A stretch of 64,000 bases of DNA, taken from the NCBI GenBank assembly GCA_001780985.1, contig MFJV01000001.1, forward strand, positions 694,579 through 758,578. The letters are read 5' to 3'. Position numbers and translations under genes: made by a program. Positions 56,700 through 64,000 of this stretch are shown piece by piece. The notes under the pieces were generated by a model, which searched no databases, had not been told where the DNA came from, and saw only the letters and a program-made list of their open reading frames with translations. Origin of the DNA: Candidatus Gottesmanbacteria bacterium RIFCSPLOWO2_01_FULL_43_11b (GTDB lineage: Bacteria; Patescibacteriota; Microgenomatia; UBA10105; UBA927). Numbering within the stretch: position 1 is the first letter of the stretch; the number at the start of each line of letters is the position of its first letter.

Positions 56700-57334
56700 T
56701 GGACTGGCGCTCGTATATCTATCCCCAAACTATTGAACGATTCTCAACTGTCTATAACCACGATATACGAGTCGTAGAAGACCATGGGAAATTGAAAATT
56801 CTTGTTAATGGTTCTCCGCAGTCCGGTCCGTATATAGAGAAATTGTGGAAAAACGCACTTCGATCTTTCGGATTTCCCAAAAAAATCGTACCTAAATCAA
56901 TTTTAGTTTTAGGTATCGCCGGGGGAACTGTTATTCATTTGCTTCACCAATGGTACCCAGAAGCTAAAATTACTGCCGTTGATATCGATCAAACGATGAT
57001 TGATATAGGAAAAAAATATTTTGAACTGGGGAAAATAAAAAATCTTATACTCAAAAAAAGCGATGCAAACACCTATGTTCAGAAGAAAAGCGCATATGAC
57101 ATTATCATTGTCGATCTTTCGTTCGGAAGAGAGATACCCGTATTTGTGACAACGAGAAAATTTCTTTCAGCTCTGAAAAAAATCCGCATGGGTGAGGGGA
57201 TAGTGGTCATTAATTTTTTAAGAGAAAAAGAATACAAGGAAATTTCCGGTAATCTTAAGAAGATACTTGTTGGATTATTCCCGATAGTACGGGATAAACA
57301 ACTCTTTCTCAACCGGTTTTTCATGGCATCGTAA
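56699..57334 (+). CDS. class I SAM-dependent methyltransferase (spermidine synthase-like)
   Basis: ILVLGIAGG, AVDID, YDIIIVD. Confidence 0.82.
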   Translation: MDWRSYIYPQTIERFSTVYNHDIRVVEDHGKLKILVNGSPQSGPYIEKLWKNALRSFGFPKKIVPKSILVLGIAGGTVIHLLHQWYPEAKITAVDIDQTMIDIGKKYFELGKIKNLILKKSDANTYVQKKSAYDIIIVDLSFGREIPVFVTTRKFLSALKKIRMGEGIVVINFLREKEYKEISGNLKKILVGLFPIVRDKQLFLNRFFMAS

Positions 57335-57361
57335 CCCCTAGTTTTATGGTAAAATATACGT

Positions 57362-60073
57362 ATGTTTAAGTTCCTCACGAGGCTTCTTGACACAAACGAA
57401 AAAGAGGTGTCAAGGATCCGCAAATCTGTCGAGCGCATCAATGAATTTGAGGGCGATGCCAAGAAAGTTAAGACGGCTGATTTTACCAAAAAAACTGCCG
57501 AATTTAGGGAACGACTTACCGGCGGTCAACAACTCGACGAACTTGTTCCTGAAGCATATGCACTTGTTCGGGAAGCTGCGTTTAGAACCATCGGTGAACG
57601 CCATTACGATGTGCAGTTGGTTGCCGCACTCGCTCTGCATGAAGGAAAAGTTGCCGAACAAAAAACCGGAGAAGGGAAAACACTTTCGGCCACTCCTGCA
57701 CTCTATATCAATGCTTTGTCAGGACGGGGCGCACATCTGGTTACTGTCAATGATTATCTTGCCCGCCGTGATGCCGGATGGATGGGTCCTGTGTATCACG
57801 TGCTCGGTCTTAAAGTCGCGGCTATGATAAACGATCAATCATTTCTCTATGATCCCCAGTTTGAAGATAAGACAGCTACTGATTGGCGGCTAAAACACCT
57901 CCGTCCGATCACTCGAAAAGAAGCGTATTTGGCTGATATTACCTACGGCATTAACAGTGAATTCGGTTTTGATTATCTGCGGGACAACATGGCACGAAGC
58001 ATGGATCAACTGGTTCAACGCGAATACCACTATGCCATCATTGATGAAGTTGATTCAATTTTAATCGATGAAGCCCGCACTCCTCATATAATTTCCGCAC
58101 CTGCCGAGGAAGCAACGCACAAGTACTATGACTATGCAAAAATAGTTGAGAAATTATCACAGGATACTGATTTTGTTATCGATGAAAAACTTCGCACCGC
58201 CCACCTAACTGATCACGGAATTTTAAAGATTGAAAAAATGATGGGACTCGGGAATATTTACGAAACGGATTTTGAAACAGTACACCACATCGAGGCAGCA
58301 CTCAAAGCAAAAACACTCTACCATCGTGAGAAAGAATACATTGTCAAAGAGGGCCAAGTTATTATTGTCGACGAGTTTACGGGTCGGCTCCTTACCGGTC
58401 GGCGTTTTAGTGAAGGAATTCATCAGGCAATAGAAGCAAAAGAGGGTGTTGCCATTCAGCAAGAAAGTAAAACATTAGCAACAGTTTCTTTACAAAATTA
58501 CTTCCGCATGTACCAAAAGCTAGCGGGTATGACGGGAACTGCCGCAACGGAAGCAGAAGAATTTAAAAAAATCTATAACCTTGATGTTCTCACCATTCCA
58601 ACGCACCGGCCAATGGTACGCCAAGACAATGCGGATAGTGTGTATAAAACCACACGAGCAAAATACGCAGCAGTTGTGAATGACATTATCGAGCATCATA
58701 AAAGGGGTCAGCCGGTACTCGTTGGAACCACATCAATTGACAAAAACGAAATAATAAGTGAATTTCTCAAACGTAAAGGCATCCCACACGAAGTCCTCAA
58801 CGCAAAAAATCATTTGCGCGAAGCCATGATTATCTCCGATGCCGGAAAAAAGGGTGCGGTGACAGTTGCAACGAATATGGCCGGACGAGGAGTGGACATA
58901 ATCCTCGGAGGAGCGAAAAAAGAAAAATGGGAATATGAAGATGAAAAGGAATGGGAACGAGATACGAAGGAATGGCAAAAGAGACACGATGACGTTGTAA
59001 ATTTTGGAGGTCTTCATGTTATCGGTACAGAACGCCATGAATCACGAAGAATCGACAATCAACTTCGTGGACGAAGCGGTCGACAGGGAGATCCGGGATC
59101 CAGTAGATTTTATGTATCCCTTGAAGACGAAATAATGAAGCTTTTTGGGGGTGATCAGGTTGCTCGTCTCATGACTGCATTTAAGATGCCCGAGGATGTT
59201 CCTTTGGAGCATGCAATGGTTTCAAGGGCGATTGAACAGGCGCAGGTTAAAGTTGAGGGATTTCACTTTGACAGCCGGAAACACCTCGTTGACTATGATG
59301 ATGTTCTCAATAAACAACGGGAAATTGTCTATAAACGCCGGAGAAAAATTCTGGAAGGGGAGAATCAAAAAGAAAAAATAATTGAAAAAATCTCAGGAGA
59401 GATTGCGAATGTTGTAGCTATTTACGCTGAGGAGAAAGAGGCAACGTTTGACAGACAAAAAATAGTTACTGAATTCGTAACGATTATCCCGTTTGATGAT
59501 GCCTCAGCGCAACAACTTACCAAACAACTGGAACAATTGCATACGTCAGCTGATATCACGGATTTTCTTATGAAGGTTACTGCTGACATGTATGAAGCCC
59601 GGGAAAAACAAGTCACTCCGGAAATCCTGCGTCAGGTTGAACAATGGGTGAGTTTACAGGTAATTGATAATCTTTGGATGGAACATCTGGATGCAATTGA
59701 TGATCTTCGTGAGGGGATCGGGCTTCGCGGCTATGGTCAGCGTGATCCCTTGGTCGAGTACAAAAATGAAGCGTTTAACATGTTTGAGCGTCTCATTTCT
59801 TCAATCGATTCCGAAATAGTTCACCGAATATTCAAAGTGCAGGTTCAGCTTGCACCGCAGGCACCGAGATCGCAGGTACCAACACCTGCTCCAATGCCAG
59901 TAGCACCCCAAGGGTTACAACCATCCATCGTCCGCCGAATTCAAACCAATGCTCCGCAACAGTCCGTTGCTCAACCGGTGGTTAATTCTTCCAACAAACT
60001 CGGCCGCAATGATCCTTGTTGGTGCGGAAGCGGCAAAAAGTGGAAAAAATGCCACTACCCGCAAGCAGGTTGA
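57362..60073 (+). CDS. secA: preprotein translocase SecA
   Basis: KTGEGKT, IDEVDS, ATNMAGRG, GRSGRQGDPG, SEC-C motif GRNDPCWCGSGKKWKKCH. Confidence 0.98.
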   Translation: MFKFLTRLLDTNEKEVSRIRKSVERINEFEGDAKKVKTADFTKKTAEFRERLTGGQQLDELVPEAYALVREAAFRTIGERHYDVQLVAALALHEGKVAEQKTGEGKTLSATPALYINALSGRGAHLVTVNDYLARRDAGWMGPVYHVLGLKVAAMINDQSFLYDPQFEDKTATDWRLKHLRPITRKEAYLADITYGINSEFGFDYLRDNMARSMDQLVQREYHYAIIDEVDSILIDEARTPHIISAPAEEATHKYYDYAKIVEKLSQDTDFVIDEKLRTAHLTDHGILKIEKMMGLGNIYETDFETVHHIEAALKAKTLYHREKEYIVKEGQVIIVDEFTGRLLTGRRFSEGIHQAIEAKEGVAIQQESKTLATVSLQNYFRMYQKLAGMTGTAATEAEEFKKIYNLDVLTIPTHRPMVRQDNADSVYKTTRAKYAAVVNDIIEHHKRGQPVLVGTTSIDKNEIISEFLKRKGIPHEVLNAKNHLREAMIISDAGKKGAVTVATNMAGRGVDIILGGAKKEKWEYEDEKEWERDTKEWQKRHDDVVNFGGLHVIGTERHESRRIDNQLRGRSGRQGDPGSSRFYVSLEDEIMKLFGGDQVARLMTAFKMPEDVPLEHAMVSRAIEQAQVKVEGFHFDSRKHLVDYDDVLNKQREIVYKRRRKILEGENQKEKIIEKISGEIANVVAIYAEEKEATFDRQKIVTEFVTIIPFDDASAQQLTKQLEQLHTSADITDFLMKVTADMYEAREKQVTPEILRQVEQWVSLQVIDNLWMEHLDAIDDLREGIGLRGYGQRDPLVEYKNEAFNMFERLISSIDSEIVHRIFKVQVQLAPQAPRSQVPTPAPMPVAPQGLQPSIVRRIQTNAPQQSVAQPVVNSSNKLGRNDPCWCGSGKKWKKCHYPQAG

Positions 60074-60099
60074 CAAATGTAATACATTTGTAATACAAT
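60070..60099 (+). promoter_or_regulatory. TA promoter with operator palindrome
   Basis: TTGACA-18-TACAAT enclosing ACAAATGTA-A-TACATTTGT. Confidence 0.75.
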
Positions 60100-60396
60100 A
60101 TGACAAAGATTGTTGTTCGTGAACTAATTTGGGATGCTTGGAATATTGAACACATAAGAAAACATAGAGTAACTCAGGACGAAGTTATAGTAAGCATTCG
60201 GAATACTGCATACCATAGGCACGCACATAGCGGAAGATACTTGAGCGTTGGAAGATCAGGAAAAAGAATTATTACTGTAATACTGCGACGAAAGAGAGCG
60301 ACAACATATTATCTTGTGACTGCGCGCGATGCAAATAAGAAAGAAAGGAGAGATGTATATGAAAAAGAAAAAAATCAGCAAAATTCCAAAATTTAA
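60100..60396 (+). CDS. BrnT-like type II toxin
   Basis: WD.WN.EHI.KH.V...E, VTARDA.KKER..Y. Confidence 0.85.
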   Translation: MTKIVVRELIWDAWNIEHIRKHRVTQDEVIVSIRNTAYHRHAHSGRYLSVGRSGKRIITVILRRKRATTYYLVTARDANKKERRDVYEKEKNQQNSKI

Positions 60397-60643
60397 AAGC
60401 ATTGAGGAAGAAGCGAAATTTTGGGACACACATAGCGTTACCGATTTTGAGGATGAGACAGAAGATGTTGATATCATCGTAGAGTTGGCAAAGCCTCGAG
60501 ACGAAACGCTCGTCTTGCGTGTCCAGAAATCACTTAAAAAAAAGCTTGCCTCAATTGCAAATAAAAAGGGCATAACACCATCAACGCTCGCCCGCATATG
60601 GCTCATGGAAAAACTTCAGCGACCAGGTTCAACACTGGGCTGA
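60359..60643 (+). CDS. CopG/BrnA-like antitoxin
   Basis: IPKFKS.EEEAKFWDTH; C-terminal ribbon-helix-helix. Confidence 0.85.
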   Translation: MKKKKISKIPKFKSIEEEAKFWDTHSVTDFEDETEDVDIIVELAKPRDETLVLRVQKSLKKKLASIANKKGITPSTLARIWLMEKLQRPGSTLG

Positions 60644-60704
60644 TAGACTATGCATTCCCTAGAGCGTTCTAGTAATCAATCAAAGGATCGTCCCTGAAAT
60701 CGTT

Positions 60705-61555
60705 ATGAGTTGGTTTGTTTGGATCATCATAAGCATTGCCGCGCTGGCTGTTTCTAATATTTTTCAAGGGTGCTCATGAAGGATGAGGGGAGTGATCCGG
60801 TTGCCTTCACCGTTGTGTTTCTGTTCGTCTTGGGAGTAATGACAGGAATATTTGCAGCATTCAAAGGATTTGTTTTTCCGCCACTTTCCGAATACTGGTT
60901 TAACTTTCTTTTGAGCTCACCTTTATATGCGATAGGAACCGTTGTATGGTTTAAAGCACTTCAGAAAATCGGCTCAGCTGAGGCGACAATACTTTCCTCC
61001 TTCGGCGCAATTGCAACAATTGGGTCGGCAATGATTTTCTTAGGTGAACAATTTAGTCTGAGACAGGGGATTGGTGTTCTGCTCATACTTATTTCAATTT
61101 ACCTACTCAACAAAATCAAAGGAAAACTGCGTTTCACCCTTCATCATTTTTGGGCATTATTCTCCAGCGTATGTTATGGATTTGCAATAACAAACGACGC
61201 CTATATTATTGGTAGCGGTTACGATGCGGTCTCGTATGTTCCGATTATTTCATTTTTTCCTGCGTTAATTCTCCTTGTAGTTCGACCGGCGGTTCTGGGT
61301 CGTATGAAAACTTATATGACTGCTACATTTTTGAAAAACATGTTTTTAGTAACGTTTTTCTACTCTGTTCAGGCTGTGACGTATTTTGTGGCATATGAGA
61401 GTGGGGGAAATGCTTCACAAATTGCCCCGATTTCAAAATCCAGTATTATTCTGACTGTGCTTTTGGCTGTTTTCTTTCTCAAAGAACGGGAAAATTTAAT
61501 TCAGAAAATTTTAAGCGCAGTGCTTGTAACTGCGGGTGTGTTACTCATAGCGTAA
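60705..61555 (+). pseudogene. EamA/DMT transporter with a 1-nt frameshift near 60768 (or sequence error)
   Basis: MSWFVWIIISIAALAVSNIFQ is one base out of frame with VLMKDEGSDP... Confidence 0.75.
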
Positions 61556-62740
61556 TGCTTCAATGGGGTCAAGGCGGGCGGCGCGGATAGCCGGGGTAAC
61601 ACCAAAGATTATCCCGATTGATGCAGAAAATCCGAATGCTAAAAGAACTGACCATAAGGTAACGGATGTGCCGATAAACTGATTAATACCAAGTGATCCC
61701 AATGACCCAAGACCTATTCCGATAGCTCCACCAAAAAGTGACAAGATTACTGATTCAATTAAAAACTGCATCATAATATCCCGTGGAGTTGCTCCAACCG
61801 CTTTTCGCAACCCGATTTCTCTTGTCCTTTCAGTAACGGATACAAGCATAATGTTCATAATCCCTATCCCTCCGACAAGAAGTGATATTCCTGCAATACC
61901 ACCGAGTGCTGCTGTAATTACACTGAGAAATTGTGTAATGGTTTCAAGGAGTTGTGTCGACTCAAGTACGGTAAACTCGTCATCTTCGAGTCGCCGGAGA
62001 AGTACTTTTTCAGCATCAGTTTTAGCCTGTGCGACGTGTTCGCTGTCAATTGCTTCAATAAACATCATAAACGGCCGGTCCCGGTCAAATTGACGCATGG
62101 CCGTTGTTATGGGAATTGCAGTAAAGTCATCTGCGCTACCCATGGCACCACCCCCACCTTTAGATTTTAGAACACCAACAATTTCGAACTGTACGTCATT
62201 GAGTGTTAGGGTTTTACCAACAGGATTAGCACCGTCTCCAAACAGATCTTTGGAAGGTTTGTTGCCGAGGACAATTACCCGGCGGGATCGTTCAACGTCG
62301 TTTTGTGTAATGATGCGGCCGTACTCTGGTTCGAACTTTGCAATATCAAAATAGTTTTCCCAAAGTCCCCACACCTCTGTTGATGAAGTCTTACCCCCAT
62401 AAGAGAATGAACCGAATCCCTGTACCATCGGTGACACTTGTTTTATTGCATCGCTTCCGCGTTCTATATCTGCGACATCCGATAATTCAAATTTACTTGC
62501 AGACATCATTGCTCCCCGTGGACCTTGTGTCACATCCACATCACCCGCCATGACCATAATGGTATTGGCTCCCATGCTTTGAAACTGTTCTGTTACCCAT
62601 TTCTGGAGCCCGGTTCCAATTGAAACAAGGAGAATGACCGAAGCGACCCCGATAATTATTCCGAGCATAGTCAGAAGAGACCGTGTTTTATTGGTCCGGA
62701 GTGCATTGATGGCAAGTTTTATGTATTCGGTAAAATTCAT
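61541..62740 (-). CDS. MacB/FtsX-type ABC permease
   Basis: [51 protein letters not shown]. Confidence 0.95.
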   Translation of the reverse strand: MNFTEYIKLAINALRTNKTRSLLTMLGIIIGVASVILLVSIGTGLQKWVTEQFQSMGANTIMVMAGDVDVTQGPRGAMMSASKFELSDVADIERGSDAIKQVSPMVQGFGSFSYGGKTSSTEVWGLWENYFDIAKFEPEYGRIITQNDVERSRRVIVLGNKPSKDLFGDGANPVGKTLTLNDVQFEIVGVLKSKGGGGAMGSADDFTAIPITTAMRQFDRDRPFMMFIEAIDSEHVAQAKTDAEKVLLRRLEDDEFTVLESTQLLETITQFLSVITAALGGIAGISLLVGGIGIMNIMLVSVTERTREIGLRKAVGATPRDIMMQFLIESVILSLFGGAIGIGLGSLGSLGINQFIGTSVTLWSVLLAFGFSASIGIIFGVTPAIRAARLDPIEALRYE

Positions 62741-63405
62741 ATAATTTTTCCGTCTTTTAATGAAATAATGCGTTTTGCGTGCTTCGCAATATCTTTTTCA
62801 TGGGTAACAAGAATAATGGTTTTACCTGCTTTATGGAATCTATCAAAGATAGTCATAATGTCCCGACCTGATTTGCTGTCGAGGTTGCCGGTTGGTTCAT
62901 CGGCGAGAATGATACTTGGATTTGTCACAAGTGCACGTGCTATAGCGACTCGCTGTTGTTGGCCACCTGATAGTTGTGAGGGGAAATTGCTCATTTTATC
63001 CGAGAGGCCCACTTCAACAAGCGTTGCCTTTGCCCGTTCGTGTCGCTCATTTGCTGGTACTTTCGCATAGATTAACGGGAGTTCGACATTGGAAAGTGAG
63101 CTGGTTTTTCGCAGTAAATTAAATTGCTGAAAGACAAAACCAATATGCGTGTTTCTGATTTCCGCAAGTTCCTGATCATCTGCTTTAAAAATATCCTTTC
63201 CTTCAATAAATACTTTTCCGCTCGTCGGGCGATCGAGACATCCTATGATATGCATGATCGTGGATTTTCCCGATCCGGAGGGACCCATAATGGCGACAAA
63301 CTCACCCTTTTTAATGGAAAGTGAGACAGAATCAAGCGCTTGAAAGACTACGCCGTCCATCTGGTACACTTTGGAAACGTTGACGACTGACAGAAGTGAG
63401 GTCAT
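62737..63405 (-). CDS. MacB/LolD-type ABC ATP-binding protein
   Basis: [27 protein letters not shown]. Confidence 0.96.
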   Translation of the reverse strand: MTSLLSVVNVSKVYQMDGVVFQALDSVSLSIKKGEFVAIMGPSGSGKSTIMHIIGCLDRPTSGKVFIEGKDIFKADDQELAEIRNTHIGFVFQQFNLLRKTSSLSNVELPLIYAKVPANERHERAKATLVEVGLSDKMSNFPSQLSGGQQQRVAIARALVTNPSIILADEPTGNLDSKSGRDIMTIFDRFHKAGKTIILVTHEKDIAKHAKRIISLKDGKII

Positions 63406-64000
63406 TTTGAGATTGTTGCAAAACCCTTTGTTACAACTGCATCACCTTCAGCTAACCCTTCTGTAACTATAATATCATCTTCATTTTTGAGACCGGTTAC
63501 AATCTTCGTTTTCGCATATTTTCCGTCTGTCTTTTTGTACACAAATATTTCATCATTCTCTTCCCGCAATGCTTCTGTAGGGATAGTCAGGGCGCCCTCA
63601 CTCCGATCTGTTTCTATTGAAACATCACCGTTTAAGCCAATGCGAATATTCCCCCCAGTGTCAAAAGAAATCTTGACGGGAAATACTGTTGCTCCGCCGC
63701 TTGAGAGAACAGACGTATATGAAATATAGCTAATGACCCCCGAAAATGAACTATCAGGAAATGCATCGAGGGTTATTGTTGCTTTTTGACCGAGACTCAA
63801 ACTGCCAACATCAGTCTCATCAACGGTTGCCTCAAAGACGAGACTTGTCGGATCTACGACAGAAAAAACAGCAGTTGTAGGCATGATATTGACTCCGGCA
63901 ATAGGCGTATCGATATGGGTAACAATTCCTCCGATTGGAGTAACAAGCGTTGCGTATTCAACCGCTAAACTTCTGAGTTCGACGTCGAGTACTGCTTTTT
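63402..64000 (-). CDS. MacA-like efflux membrane fusion protein (partial, runs off window end)
   Basis: VDETDVG.L.LGQ.A.ITLDA, IP.EA, GL.EGD.V. Confidence 0.88.
   Translation of the reverse strand, partial: KAVLDVELRSLAVEYATLVTPIGGIVTHIDTPIAGVNIMPTTAVFSVVDPTSLVFEATVDETDVGSLSLGQKATITLDAFPDSSFSGVISYISYTSVLSSGGATVFPVKISFDTGGNIRIGLNGDVSIETDRSEGALTIPTEALREENDEIFVYKKTDGKYAKTKIVTGLKNEDDIIVTEGLAEGDAVVTKGFATISK

Noticed and set aside
134-63968. Numerous short antisense or alternate-frame ORFs in the track
   Set aside because: They shadow well-supported genes and have no recognisable motifs or start signals.
1-64000. CRISPR array, prophage or intact IS element
   Set aside because: No regularly spaced repeats and no cas, phage structural, transposase or intact integrase genes were seen.

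Overview
This window reads as core chromosome of a small-genome bacterium, most consistent with Patescibacteria/CPR (Microgenomates-like). That placement is inferred from shortened housekeeping proteins, DUF5679/DUF4446/DUF3048 genes, many apparently leaderless genes and short palindromic repeats. It holds the end of the ribosomal cluster (rpoA, rplQ, rplM, rpsI), recA/recX, rny, hup, secDF, secA, cca, recJ, aspS, gltX, lysS, serS, era, greA and lon. It also holds a full SUF cluster (sufB carries a LAGLIDADG intein), a 2-oxoacid:ferredoxin oxidoreductase, three tRNAs, RNase P RNA and two type II TA modules. The most notable feature is a complete ribosome-mediated attenuator with a lysine-rich 24-aa leader peptide (KKEKK). 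It precedes an unknown class I aaRS-like protein and a DapF-like epimerase, inserted between greA and lysS. A second 24-aa leader attenuator sits back-to-back with aspS, and serS has a structured, Ser-codon-containing leader. Other oddities are a segment-swapped YkwB-like GNAT, a long RSH with a degenerate synthetase domain, a start codon overlapping a tRNA CCA end, and in-frame palindromic insertions. All calls were made by eye from motifs; no searches were run.
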